A stretch of 61,805 bases of DNA from a virus. Lineage: Duplodnaviria > Caudoviricetes. Below, in pieces: positions 27,718-38,386 of this stretch. The position numbers were made by a program, and so were the translations under genes. The notes under the pieces were generated by a model. That model saw only the letters and a program-made list of their open reading frames with translations. It did not search any database and was not told the DNA's origin. The stretch spans positions 1-61,805 of the IMG/VR virus record IMGVR_UViG_3300030099_004395. One strand, 5' to 3'. Each line of letters starts with the position of its first letter. Position 1 is the stretch's first letter.

Positions 27718-28098
27718 ATGGCAAACTTAATAAGAATCCCAATCAAAGGAGCTTCTGTTGGAAACAGCAATGAGCCACGATATGGTATTGTAAATGTTGA
27801 TGGTGCGTACGATGTAGGCGTAAGCGGATCAGACGAACACATAGACATTTATTCTACAATACCTGCAGGTGGTACACAGGTTTTAATTACAACAATAAGC
27901 TACTATGCAAACGGTGGTGGAACAGCTGTCGTTACAGCGCAAGATATAGAGAACTTCAAAGATCTAATCCTTGAGTCTAATCAAAATCCTGCGTCTAATC
28001 CAATTTTTGAACTAGAGGGTGCTGCTACTGCAGCTGCTGCTGACTTAGAAGATTATCAAGCTGATAACTTCTCTATCTCAGCTGGTACTCCGAAATAA
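27718..28098 (+). CDS. putative auxiliary capsid protein
   Basis: follows MCP; N-terminus MANLIRIP matches next gene MANYIKIP. Confidence 0.55.
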   Translation: MANLIRIPIKGASVGNSNEPRYGIVNVDGAYDVGVSGSDEHIDIYSTIPAGGTQVLITTISYYANGGGTAVVTAQDIENFKDLILESNQNPASNPIFELEGAATAAAADLEDYQADNFSISAGTPK

Positions 28099-28106
28099 TT
28101 AACATT

Positions 28107-28709
28107 ATGGCAAATTATATAAAAATACCTTTATCATTGAATCCAGGTAGACCAATGTTAACAGGTACGGGGTCTTTAACTACTTCAATAACAACTAACA
28201 GTACAGACGCAACTAACCAAGTTGCTACTGCAACTACTTTTACAACTGATGGCTTAGGTACATCAGGTGTAGTAGATTTAACAATCGCTGGTAATACAGT
28301 TACTGTTGCATCTGTTGTTACAGCAGGTGATGGTTATAAAGCTGGTGACACTTTAACTTTTAGTAAAAGTGATATCGGTGGATCAACTGATGTTGTTATA
28401 ACTTTAGTCGCTGCTGATTTAGCAACTTTTGAAGGAAGTGAAACAAACCCTTATCAAATGATACCAGTAGATGATATCATGCTTGTTGAACCTGTTTCAG
28501 CTACTCAATGTAAATTAGTTACTAACCTTTGGGATGGTACTGATACAAAAGAGTGGACAGTTACAGTTTCAAATGCACCTGCATCTACTAAAGAACAGCT
28601 ATGCGCTGATCTAGCAGAAGCTATTAATGAAGCTTCACAAAATGAAAACGAACAACCTGAAGTTGAGTTCTTTAACTTAGCTACAGTAGAAGACGTTGAT
28701 TTAAGCTAA
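28107..28709 (+). CDS. putative auxiliary capsid protein with inserted beta domain
   Basis: paralogue of previous gene with a T/G-rich insertion (AGDGYKAGDTLT). Confidence 0.55.
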   Translation: MANYIKIPLSLNPGRPMLTGTGSLTTSITTNSTDATNQVATATTFTTDGLGTSGVVDLTIAGNTVTVASVVTAGDGYKAGDTLTFSKSDIGGSTDVVITLVAADLATFEGSETNPYQMIPVDDIMLVEPVSATQCKLVTNLWDGTDTKEWTVTVSNAPASTKEQLCADLAEAINEASQNENEQPEVEFFNLATVEDVDLS

Positions 28710-28721
28710 TACAAAAAGTTA

Positions 28722-28745
28722 TCCCCACTTCGGTGGGGACTTTTT
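28722..28745 (+). terminator. intrinsic terminator
   Basis: TCCCCAC-TTCG-GTGGGGA-C-TTTTT. Confidence 0.85.
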
Positions 28746-28761
28746 AATTTTATTATATATT

Positions 28762-29523
28762 ATGGAAACAAATGAAAAAAAGACTCCAAGTAAATGGGAG
28801 TATAAAGATAGAAATTACTATTTAATTAATGGAAAAAATCCATTAACGTTTACTATACCTAGTAGACATTCACGTAGATATCCACTTCTACATTTTGATG
28901 AAGAATTAGGTTATCAAAGAGAAATAAGATATGCAAGTAATCAACAATCACCTTTTGTAGATGAACAAAAAGGTGAAGTTACTTTAGCACACGTAGTTTT
29001 CAAAAACGGTCATTTAATCGTTCCTAAAGAAAAAAGAAACTTACAAGAGTTTTTAGCTATACACCCTCACAAAGGTATATTATTTAATGAGTTTGATGCT
29101 GAAGAAGAAGCTGAAGATCAATTTGATTATTTAGAAATGGAAATAGAAGCTATGAATTTAGCTTATGATATGGACGTTGATGAAGCTGAGGCTATATTAA
29201 GAGTGGAAGTTGGAACTAGTGTTAATAAGTTGTCATCTAAAGAAATTAGAAGAGACTTATTAGTATTTGCAAAAAGAAATCCTCAACTATTTTTAGACTT
29301 AGCTGAAGATGAAAATGTACATCTTAGAAACTTTGGTATAAAAGCAACTGAGCAAAGAATAATAAAACTAGCAGACGATCAAAGAACATTTGCTTGGGCT
29401 AGTAATGGCAAGAAATTATTAACAGTGCCATTTGAAGAAAATCCCTACTCAGCACTTGCTGCTTGGTTTAAAACTGATGAAGGACTTGAGGTTTATAAAT
29501 CAATAGAGAAAAAAATAAAATAA
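28762..29523 (+). CDS. hypothetical protein of the morphogenesis module
   Basis: 253-aa ORF. Confidence 0.75.
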   Translation: METNEKKTPSKWEYKDRNYYLINGKNPLTFTIPSRHSRRYPLLHFDEELGYQREIRYASNQQSPFVDEQKGEVTLAHVVFKNGHLIVPKEKRNLQEFLAIHPHKGILFNEFDAEEEAEDQFDYLEMEIEAMNLAYDMDVDEAEAILRVEVGTSVNKLSSKEIRRDLLVFAKRNPQLFLDLAEDENVHLRNFGIKATEQRIIKLADDQRTFAWASNGKKLLTVPFEENPYSALAAWFKTDEGLEVYKSIEKKIK

Positions 29524-29538
29524 CAAGTGATACTAAAT

Positions 29539-29563
29539 AAGGCGGCTATGCGGCCGCCTTTTT
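29539..29563 (+). terminator. intrinsic terminator-like hairpin
   Basis: AAGGCGGC-TATGCG-GCCGCCTT-TTT. Confidence 0.75.
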
Positions 29564-29574
29564 AAATAAAAACT

Positions 29575-30315
29575 ATGCCAGGATTTAACAAAATAAATGT
29601 TAATACTGTATACCAAACGGTATTAAGTATATTAAACAAAGAACAAAGAGGTTATATTACACCTTACGAGTTTAACAACTTAGCTAATCAAGTTCAACTG
29701 GAGATTTTTGAAAGTTACTTTGAAGATCTAAATAGTTTTTTAAAAACACCTATGAATAGTAGTGAATATGCTGATAGAGTTAAATTAACTAGAGAAAAAA
29801 TAGCAGTATTTGAAACAAGCTCCGGGATTCAAATTACAGGTGGAGTAGGTGATTTATCAACACTTACACCTAAGTTACACAGATTCGGATATATTAGTTA
29901 TGTAAATGGAAGTAAACTACCTGTTAGATTACAAGAGTTAACACCTAATGAGTTCAATATGGCTAGAAGGTCTACTATAGCTCAACCTACTAGTGATTAC
30001 CCTGTGTTCTATCAAAACGGTGTAAATATATATGTGTTCCCACAAATAAATAGTACACTAACTGTACCAATACAAAGATATGAATTATTTTATGTGAGAG
30101 TACCTAATATAGTTAATTGGGGATATACTGTTAATAGTGTAGGTGCTTATATATATTCTCCTACTGCTTCTACAGATTTTGAAATATCTAATATAGATCA
30201 AACCGAAGTAATATTAAAAATACTTGCTTATGCTGGAGTTGTAATTAGAGATAATGAAATTACACAAATGGCTTCTCAAGCAGTTGCAGTACAAGATCAA
30301 AAAGAAAAAATGTAA
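29575..30315 (+). CDS. putative head-tail adaptor or ring protein
   Basis: LNKEQRGYITPYEFN N-terminus; YVRVP motif; position. Confidence 0.6.
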   Translation: MPGFNKINVNTVYQTVLSILNKEQRGYITPYEFNNLANQVQLEIFESYFEDLNSFLKTPMNSSEYADRVKLTREKIAVFETSSGIQITGGVGDLSTLTPKLHRFGYISYVNGSKLPVRLQELTPNEFNMARRSTIAQPTSDYPVFYQNGVNIYVFPQINSTLTVPIQRYELFYVRVPNIVNWGYTVNSVGAYIYSPTASTDFEISNIDQTEVILKILAYAGVVIRDNEITQMASQAVAVQDQKEKM

Positions 30316-30318
30316 AAC

Positions 30319-31530
30319 ATGGGACTAGTAAAAGAAAGTAATTCACAATATTATTCAGGACAAAAAATATTAGATAATACTCTAGGGCTAGGGGTAAAAG
30401 AATTTACATTTCCAAATTACAATACTGAGTTAGTTAGCGCTTTTGGATTACCTGAAGTAACACCAGGTGTTCAAACTTACACTAGAATAGGATCTACAAG
30501 TAATTTTGAAATATACCATGGTACCGGATCTCCTTTAATTTTTAATAAAATAGATGAAGATAGAATTAGAGTTAAAGATTCAACTAATAATACTATTGAA
30601 ATAGCTAGTGGTAATGTTGGTTTAACAGATGGTTTTGTTATGTGTCAATTAACACAACCAGCTATAAACTCTAATTATGGTGGCTATAGCTGGATACCAT
30701 TAAATAGTATTATTGATAACTTTTTATTTGCTTATGTAGGTGAAGATAAAATATTACCAAAGGTAAGACGTAACGATGTTATATTTCATGCCAAACGAAC
30801 TTTGCAAGAACTTAGTTATGACGTATTAAAAGTAATTAAGTCTCAAGAACTTACTATACCACCAAGCCTTTCTGTTCCTATACCTCAAGACTTTGTGAAT
30901 CAAGTGGCGTTGTCGTGGGCTGATAGCTCCGGCGTTATGCACCCTATATATCCCTTAACTGGATTGAGTGGCAACCCATATGATTTACCAATACAAGACA
31001 ATAAAGGTATACCAACTCAAGATTCGTTTGAAAACAATATAGACGCAGATCAATCTATAATAGAAAATAGATGGAAACAAGCAACTAGTCAAGAAATAAC
31101 TGGAGATTATGATGCTTACAATCAGTCAGGTGTTTTTGATTATGTTTGGTGGAAACAAGCATATGGACAAAGATATGGCTTAAATCCTAGTACGTCTCAA
31201 GAAAACGGCTGGTATAGTCTAAACGAAAGAACTGGTAGGTTTTCTTTTAGTAGTACATTAGCTAATAGATGTATAATTTTAGAATATGTATCTGACGGTT
31301 TAGCTTATGATGACGATATGAGAATACCTAAAGTTGTTGAAGACGCTATGTACGCTTCTATAATGTACAGTTTACTTTCTGTAAGAAAATTTTCTGACCC
31401 AGGTATGTTGCAGTTTTACAAGAGAGAAAAATATGCTAAAACAAGAAACGCTAAAATAAGGTTACAAGATTTTAATTTAGAAACATTAACACAGGCTTTT
31501 AGAAACCAGTCTAAGTGGATTAAACACTAA
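30319..31530 (+). CDS. putative tail ring or tubular protein
   Basis: IPQDFVN, LEYVSDGL; position. Confidence 0.6.
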   Translation: MGLVKESNSQYYSGQKILDNTLGLGVKEFTFPNYNTELVSAFGLPEVTPGVQTYTRIGSTSNFEIYHGTGSPLIFNKIDEDRIRVKDSTNNTIEIASGNVGLTDGFVMCQLTQPAINSNYGGYSWIPLNSIIDNFLFAYVGEDKILPKVRRNDVIFHAKRTLQELSYDVLKVIKSQELTIPPSLSVPIPQDFVNQVALSWADSSGVMHPIYPLTGLSGNPYDLPIQDNKGIPTQDSFENNIDADQSIIENRWKQATSQEITGDYDAYNQSGVFDYVWWKQAYGQRYGLNPSTSQENGWYSLNERTGRFSFSSTLANRCIILEYVSDGLAYDDDMRIPKVVEDAMYASIMYSLLSVRKFSDPGMLQFYKREKYAKTRNAKIRLQDFNLETLTQAFRNQSKWIKH

Positions 31531-31534
31531 TTAA

Positions 31535-34500
31535 ATGCAACAAACTTACAAACATTCTTTCACAGATTCTAAAATGCAAAAGGATCTTGATGCTAGACTT
31601 GTGTCTCCACGTGAGTATAGAGACGCGGTTAATGTAGCTGTTTCAAGATCTGAAGGTGCAGATGTAGGAGCATTAGAAAATATTTTAGGTAATAAATTTC
31701 TTTCTAGTTTACAATATCCAAATGCTACTGCAGAAACTAGATTTTATATAATAGGTTGGTATATAGACGAAGATCAAGATAAAATATATACATTTGTAAC
31801 TAATTATAAAGATAATTCTCCTACTAAATTAGAAAGCACGGCAGGTCCTTTGTCGTATCACTCAATCGTAGAAACTGACGTTTTAACTGGAAACTCAAAT
31901 ATCTTAGTTTCTGGTTCTTTCCTAAACTTTTCGGCTAATAGCCCTATAAATCATGTAGATCAAATAGAAACTTTACTATTTTGGACTGATAATAGAAATC
32001 AACCAAGACAAATAAATGTTACTACAGCTCGAGCTAATCCTATAGCTTATAATAAAGAGTCAGATGTATCTGTGGCTAAATACTATCCTTATAAGCCAAT
32101 AAAAATTAAAAGAGAATTTAGTCTTACAAATTGCGTTTTTACAAGTAGAACAGAAGCAGCTAGTATCACTACCCCGGGTTATGACGCTTGGTACGATTAC
32201 TTTATACTAGAAGACACTCCTAGTCAAGATGTTATAGATAATTTTATAGACAATATAGGTGCTAAAGGTTATGCTGAAGATTCTAATGGTAATAAATATG
32301 AGTTTAGAGTAGCATTTTTTCAACAAGCAGGTTTTGATCCAGAAACTGCAGGTGTTGCTTTAAATAACGCTATATTGCCAGCACCTTTTGATAGTTCTAA
32401 TAATGTACCTGGTAATCCTAATAGGCCTTATTTATTGTTTATAGATAGAGCTTTAAGTACTTCTGTTTTTCCTAGATGGGATGGAGTCAATAACCCTATT
32501 CCTGCAAACAATAAGTATAATATAACTTTATTTCAAGAAAATAATAAAGATATAAGCAGCGCGTGGAAACAAGAAGATCAGTTTAAATTAACTTGTTATA
32601 ACGAAGATTTTTCAGGACCAGGTATAGGTGTACAACTGCTTCCAGATGGAGCTACATACGCTAGTTTAATACCTAGCATGTTTTATTTTGGAACTAGAAG
32701 TTGTCCTAATACTAATATTAATGGTGTTTCAGCTTCAGGATATAGCGCATGGGCTTCACCTCCAAGTTCTACTTTTTCTACTTTTGAGGTATTTAGAGTG
32801 TTAAACGCTTTTCCAAACAATACTACACAATCTGGTACATTTCCAGCTGGTGTAGAGGGTAAAAATTCATATCTTAGAGTTACTCATCCAAAAATACCTA
32901 AACAAAGATATGTTGTCTGTACTTTTCTTCTAACAGCTCCAGTAATACCTTCTGCAACACCAGATAAACTAATAGCCTACTTTGGTGAATATACTAAATT
33001 AAGAAACGGTGAATTACAATTTGTACGCTTATACACTGAATTTGGCATTACAGATAATGATGTATTAAGCTTTCATTTACCTAATAAATTTTATAATCAA
33101 GATTTTCCAGGTGATCCTGCTTTTTTAGAAGATAAGTTTGTACGTTTTGCTTATAGATATAAATTTAATGATGGTGAATATTCTCTTTTATCACCGTTTA
33201 CTCAGTCTATTTTTATACCAAAACAAGGTGGTTATTTCCAGAAATATGTAGGTACAAATAAACAATCAGCTTCAAATAACGATGTATTAAATCAAGAACA
33301 AGAAGCTGGTGAAAATACTATAGTAAACTTTTTAACAAATGAAGTAACTGAGGTTGCATTAGATATTCCACTACCTACCCAAGTAAACAAACTAAAGTCT
33401 ATATTAAAAGTTGATGAAATAGAAATTGTATACAAAGAGTCAACGGCTTTAGCTTTAAAAGTCGTGGAAAAATTATCATTAAACGATTTTTCGTCAAACA
33501 CTAATAAATTTTTAACATACGTATATCAAAGTAGAAGACCTATAAAAACTTTACCTGACAGTGTAATTACTAGAGTTTATGATAAAGTGCCTATTAGAGC
33601 AGCTACACAAGCTTCTGCTGGTAATAGAATAATATATGGTAACTTTCTAGACGCACATACTTCACCATTAACTTTAGATTATTTAGTAGGTGTTAGTGCT
33701 AAATTCACGCCAGCATTTAACGAATACAATGGTAGTGATATAGCTTATCCTAACCACACTTTAAAACAAAATAGAACTTATCAAGTTGGTATAGTTCTAC
33801 AAGATAAGTATGGTAGATCTAGTGATGTAATATTATCCTCAATAAGAGATACAAGCTATGAGGAAAATTCAGGTCCATTTGCAAATAACCCTTGTGTATT
33901 TGGTGGATCTACTATTTACTCTCCGTATTTTGATAATGTAACTGAACCAGATGCTAACGGTACAAACATGCAAAATCCTAGAACAGGTTTAGTAGATTGG
34001 CCAGGTGATTCATTAAAAGTATTATTTGCTAATACTATACCTAATGTAATTTCAACTAATGAAGGTTATCCTGGTTTGTATGATAACTTAATAACAATAT
34101 TAGAATATTCAGGCGCAGGAGCTTCAGATCCGGGTATGACTGGATTATTTTCTATGGGCTTTAGTTCTTCAGTAGGATTTATAGAAGATGTTAAGGTGGG
34201 TAACTTTATACAATGGTTAGACACTTCTGTTGATACAGAGTATGAGTTTGAAATAGCAGCTATTAGTGTAGCAAACAACACTCTATATGTTAAAGACAAT
34301 GTAGATGTTAGTTTTCCAGGTGTAATAAGTCCTAATACTAGAATGAATATTATGGAAAGAAACGAAAATGGTTTCTATTCATATAAGATGGTTGTAAAAC
34401 AAACCGAGCAAGAGTTTTATAATGTTTATTTACCTAGTTTATTAAATGGTAAACCTATAATAAAACCTTTCAAACTAGAAGTAAGTGGTACATTTGGTAC

Positions 34501-36052
34501 GGGTACAGTTAATAATACTGTAACAAATCCTGCTGCTGATCCTAGAACTTTCTTGCTGTTGGAAGGTATGAACTTTACCGTAGGTGGAACAGAGTTTACT
34601 ATTACTAATATTTTAAATGATGAAAATTTTGTGTATACTCCAGCGACAAGCTTTACATCTACACCTAATGTTGAGTTCTTTACTAAGTCTTCTAAAAATA
34701 TAATTAATGTAACTACTTTATTGACTGATAATGCAAATAAAGTTCCACCAGGTTTAATTGAGACAACGCCTGTTCAGCAACAATACTCACCAAGTAACAC
34801 AACTTTATATCCTAGAGTTGCGATTCAAGAAGGTTATACAGCTACTAATCCTTTCTATACAGGTGTTACTAGTCAAAATATACCTATATTTCCTGGTAGA
34901 AGCGATATGAAGGTAAGAGCTGTAGGTAATTTCTTTGCTTTAAACACAGACGCAAATACAGCTGGTCTATACGAAGCTAAATCAGATCCGCCATCTGCTA
35001 ATATAGAAAATACATTTAGACTTGGTAGAGATGCAGAAACAGTTAAACCTGATAGTATAGAACCTTTAGTATTCACTGCTTATGAAACTAATCCAGTTAA
35101 ATCTGCAATAGAGATATATTGGGAAACTGGAACTAGTGGATTGATAAGAGATTTAAATAATTCTATATTAGACGATACAACTGTTCCGTTTGCTTTAAGT
35201 CAAAATTTAGAAGAATTAGCTTACTCTGAAAGTATGGATAGAACAGGTGCTATTAATACTAGAAGAATAGGTGCTCCATTTCAAATATTAAATATTAATA
35301 GTGTTGTTGTTCCTATTACTTCTGCTAAGTCTATTAGTTTAGTAGACATAACTAATCAAGATGGTTCGTTAGCATATAATGTATCTAACAGTGTATTAAC
35401 TCTAGTAAATCCTACTTTAGATCCTACATTACCCGCAAATACTCTATCTATATGCCAATCTTTTAACAATAATTTGTATTTTGGTGAAGTAGCTGTTAAC
35501 AACTTTTTAAAAGGTATTCTTAGAGTGGAAGTAGAAAATCCATTATTAAATATATATGACTTTCCTTTTGAGATAAAATTAAGAAATGTAACTCCACAAA
35601 CAGGTTATTGTGAAAACGCTGCGGGAGCTCGTATAGTTTTAAATAATAACAGTGGTACTAGTGAAACAGAGATAGGTGTTTCTAATGTTGCTGGTTGGAA
35701 TAGAGCTGACACTATGGGTACTTTTGGTGCTACTAATGGAACTAGTTTAAACAATGGTACTAATGCTTATAAAGAAATGGATATTGATGTTTATTATGAT
35801 AGAGGTGGTGGAGAAGTAGTTAGAATTTCTGAAGATTGGTTTGGTATTGAAGTACTACCTTATATTAATCCTAACTATCCTATTTATGGCTCAAACAATG
35901 CTGGGTTTATATTAAACATTAGTGATGTAAATAAGAAAAGTGATAGTAGCACTTGGCCAGCTGAAACTCAAGTTCAGGTTATTGCTAAAGACGCAAACGG
36001 ATCAGGTGATAGATTTAGAATTGGCTTGTATCTTTTAAGTATAAGTTATTAA
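31535..36052 (+). CDS. tail stabilization (nozzle-like) protein, N-terminal part with large insertions
   Basis: KMQKDLDARL...EYRDAVN, LFWTDNRNQPRQIN, FVRFAYRYKF. Confidence 0.7.
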   Translation: MQQTYKHSFTDSKMQKDLDARLVSPREYRDAVNVAVSRSEGADVGALENILGNKFLSSLQYPNATAETRFYIIGWYIDEDQDKIYTFVTNYKDNSPTKLESTAGPLSYHSIVETDVLTGNSNILVSGSFLNFSANSPINHVDQIETLLFWTDNRNQPRQINVTTARANPIAYNKESDVSVAKYYPYKPIKIKREFSLTNCVFTSRTEAASITTPGYDAWYDYFILEDTPSQDVIDNFIDNIGAKGYAEDSNGNKYEFRVAFFQQAGFDPETAGVALNNAILPAPFDSSNNVPGNPNRPYLLFIDRALSTSVFPRWDGVNNPIPANNKYNITLFQENNKDISSAWKQEDQFKLTCYNEDFSGPGIGVQLLPDGATYASLIPSMFYFGTRSCPNTNINGVSASGYSAWASPPSSTFSTFEVFRVLNAFPNNTTQSGTFPAGVEGKNSYLRVTHPKIPKQRYVVCTFLLTAPVIPSATPDKLIAYFGEYTKLRNGELQFVRLYTEFGITDNDVLSFHLPNKFYNQDFPGDPAFLEDKFVRFAYRYKFNDGEYSLLSPFTQSIFIPKQGGYFQKYVGTNKQSASNNDVLNQEQEAGENTIVNFLTNEVTEVALDIPLPTQVNKLKSILKVDEIEIVYKESTALALKVVEKLSLNDFSSNTNKFLTYVYQSRRPIKTLPDSVITRVYDKVPIRAATQASAGNRIIYGNFLDAHTSPLTLDYLVGVSAKFTPAFNEYNGSDIAYPNHTLKQNRTYQVGIVLQDKYGRSSDVILSSIRDTSYEENSGPFANNPCVFGGSTIYSPYFDNVTEPDANGTNMQNPRTGLVDWPGDSLKVLFANTIPNVISTNEGYPGLYDNLITILEYSGAGASDPGMTGLFSMGFSSSVGFIEDVKVGNFIQWLDTSVDTEYEFEIAAISVANNTLYVKDNVDVSFPGVISPNTRMNIMERNENGFYSYKMVVKQTEQEFYNVYLPSLLNGKPIIKPFKLEVSGTFGTGTVNNTVTNPAADPRTFLLLEGMNFTVGGTEFTITNILNDENFVYTPATSFTSTPNVEFFTKSSKNIINVTTLLTDNANKVPPGLIETTPVQQQYSPSNTTLYPRVAIQEGYTATNPFYTGVTSQNIPIFPGRSDMKVRAVGNFFALNTDANTAGLYEAKSDPPSANIENTFRLGRDAETVKPDSIEPLVFTAYETNPVKSAIEIYWETGTSGLIRDLNNSILDDTTVPFALSQNLEELAYSESMDRTGAINTRRIGAPFQILNINSVVVPITSAKSISLVDITNQDGSLAYNVSNSVLTLVNPTLDPTLPANTLSICQSFNNNLYFGEVAVNNFLKGILRVEVENPLLNIYDFPFEIKLRNVTPQTGYCENAAGARIVLNNNSGTSETEIGVSNVAGWNRADTMGTFGATNGTSLNNGTNAYKEMDIDVYYDRGGGEVVRISEDWFGIEVLPYINPNYPIYGSNNAGFILNISDVNKKSDSSTWPAETQVQVIAKDANGSGDRFRIGLYLLSISY

Positions 36053-36055
36053 AAA

Positions 36056-36071
36056 TAAGTGATAATATATT
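36056..36071 (+). promoter_or_regulatory. motif C copy
   Basis: TAAGTGATAATATATT immediately before ATG at 36072. Confidence 0.45.
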
Positions 36072-37973
36072 ATGGCAACTATTATAGAAGTAGAATATTA
36101 TAATTCGGTTTGGTTAAAAAGAATACTAACACCAGAAACTAAATATCAAATAACACCAGACACTGTTACAGGTCCTACTTTTACTCCTAGTAACATACTT
36201 AAAGGTGGTGCAGGCACATCTCCAAGGCGTGGTGTTTTTCCATTGTCAAATGTATATGCTAATCCACAAACTCAAAATATGACTGTTGCTGTTCCAGGTA
36301 ATACTGATACTGTAATATCAAATGGCACTTCTAATACTAAAGAAAATTTTTACTTAGAAGACATGTATATTAAAGGAGGCTTTAACAATACTTCTATGGA
36401 TTTTGGTGCTAGAGCTTTCTTAGATAGAGAAGAGCCAATACAACAAGATAGATTTGCTGCTTTAATATATTCAGGAGTGTTTAATTCTAGAACAGGCGTA
36501 AATAGAACTAATGAGTTTCCTGTAGGTGAACAAATAACTAAATCAGCTAATCCAGATAATGGTAGTATTCAAAAGCTTTATGCTGAAGAAAACAACCTAC
36601 TGGTATTACAAGAAAATAAATGTAATAGAGCTTTAATAGATAAAGACGCTATATTCTCTGCAGAAGGTGGAGGTACGGTAACTACTTCAAAAGCTGTAAT
36701 AGGTCAGATAGTTCCTTACGCAGGAGAATATGGAATTAGTAGAAATCCAGAGAGCTTTGCTATATATGGTTTTAGAAAATATTTTAGCGATAGAAATAGG
36801 TCAGCTATATTAAGATTATCTCATGATGGTATTACTGAAATATCTGAGTACGGTATGCGTGATTGGTTTAGAGACAACTTAGATCCTTTAAATGATAACA
36901 TAACAAATACTTTTAAATTTACTTTAGGCAAATCAAAATGGAATAAAGATGAAAGTTGGATATGTGTAAGTAATGAAACAGACAGATTGACAATGGAATT
37001 ACCTTTAGGATCTGCACTATACTTACAGGATGCTACTCTTGGTGAGGTGTTTGTTGGTTATGTACAAGAAATAATAGATCTTAACGATGGTAGTTCTTAT
37101 CCGATACAAATTAAAATAGATAGAATTATAACTTTAAATAGTGCTATAGGAATAGAGAAATCTTATGTTTTAAACTATAATAGAAGTTATGTTAAAGGTG
37201 GTTATGATATTTACAACAAGCAGTATGTAGTATCACTACAGTATAATGGTAATGCTGGTAATGTAAGTGAAGATAACACTTTTTATACTTTAGGTTTTGA
37301 TGAAACAACTAAAGGTTGGACTAGCTTTTATACTTATAGATATGAAGAGCTAGGTAGCTTGAAAGGTAATGTGTACACTACATTTAGAAAACCTATTGAT
37401 GCTCCTAATTCTACTTCTACTAGTAACAGTGGCTTATGGTCGCAATACAGCGATCAAGTAAATAGAGGTAATTTTTACGGTGAAGATAATCCTTCAACTG
37501 TCACGTTTGTAGCTAATCCTAATCCATCTATACAAAAGAACTTTTTAGCTATAGACTATGAAGGTAATAGCGGTTGGAAGGTTGTTAGCATGACTTCTGA
37601 TGAAACAGGCTTTGATAAAGAATGGTCAGGTGGTGTACCGTTGAGTACTTGGAAACTATATTTTGATACTACAAATTTAATAAGAAGTTATTATGAAGGA
37701 CAGTACGATGGACTTGGCAATACAGGATCAGCCGCTAGTCCTCTTAATCCACCGTTATTACACGCTGGGTTTGATAGAAAAGAAAACAGATATGTAGCTA
37801 ACTTAATTAATAATAGTTCAGCAATGCCTGGTGAAGTGCAATTTGGAGATCAAATGAGTGGTATAAAAGGTTTTTATTCAGAAGTAAAAATGAGTACAGA
37901 TACTACTACAGATCCAGGTGGTTTTAAAGAACTATACACAGTAGGTTTAAGATACAGTGTATCATCAATGTAA
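36072..37973 (+). CDS. tail stabilization (nozzle-like) protein, C-terminal part
   Basis: GSIQKL, GEYGISRNPESFA, GITEISEYGMRDWF, GWTSFY beta-propeller-type motifs. Confidence 0.7.
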   Translation: MATIIEVEYYNSVWLKRILTPETKYQITPDTVTGPTFTPSNILKGGAGTSPRRGVFPLSNVYANPQTQNMTVAVPGNTDTVISNGTSNTKENFYLEDMYIKGGFNNTSMDFGARAFLDREEPIQQDRFAALIYSGVFNSRTGVNRTNEFPVGEQITKSANPDNGSIQKLYAEENNLLVLQENKCNRALIDKDAIFSAEGGGTVTTSKAVIGQIVPYAGEYGISRNPESFAIYGFRKYFSDRNRSAILRLSHDGITEISEYGMRDWFRDNLDPLNDNITNTFKFTLGKSKWNKDESWICVSNETDRLTMELPLGSALYLQDATLGEVFVGYVQEIIDLNDGSSYPIQIKIDRIITLNSAIGIEKSYVLNYNRSYVKGGYDIYNKQYVVSLQYNGNAGNVSEDNTFYTLGFDETTKGWTSFYTYRYEELGSLKGNVYTTFRKPIDAPNSTSTSNSGLWSQYSDQVNRGNFYGEDNPSTVTFVANPNPSIQKNFLAIDYEGNSGWKVVSMTSDETGFDKEWSGGVPLSTWKLYFDTTNLIRSYYEGQYDGLGNTGSAASPLNPPLLHAGFDRKENRYVANLINNSSAMPGEVQFGDQMSGIKGFYSEVKMSTDTTTDPGGFKELYTVGLRYSVSSM

Positions 37974-37979
37974 TTAAAT

Positions 37980-38381
37980 ATGAATATAAGAAAATTAACA
38001 GAATCTGATTATGAGGTTCTAGAAGCATGGTGGAAAGCATGGAAGTGGCCACCAATTGAAAAAGACTTTTTACCAGACAATGGAACTGGTGGATTTGTTA
38101 TAGAAAAACAAGGCACTATGATAGTTGCTGGATTTGTTTATATAACAAACTCTAAGGCAGTTTTACTCGAATGGATTATATCTAATCCTGAATATAGAGA
38201 AGATGACAGAGACATGGCTATAACATGTCTTATAAGCACGATTGAAAAGATAATTAAAGAATGGGGATATAAATATATATTTAGTATAGGTAGAACAAAA
38301 GCATTAATAGATAAACACAAAGATTTAGGGTATCATGTAGATGATACGCCATCACATGAAATAACAAAAATTTTAAATTAA
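37980..38381 (+). CDS. GNAT-fold acetyltransferase-like protein
   Basis: MNIRKLTESD...EWIISNPEYR...KDLGY GNAT-like pattern. Confidence 0.55.
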   Translation: MNIRKLTESDYEVLEAWWKAWKWPPIEKDFLPDNGTGGFVIEKQGTMIVAGFVYITNSKAVLLEWIISNPEYREDDRDMAITCLISTIEKIIKEWGYKYIFSIGRTKALIDKHKDLGYHVDDTPSHEITKILN

Positions 38382-38386
38382 TAATT

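Noticed and set aside
31535-37973. Frameshift, intron or pseudogene splitting the tail stabilization gene
   Set aside because: Both parts have clean starts and stops with a 19-bp spacer containing motif C, so a natural two-gene arrangement is more likely.
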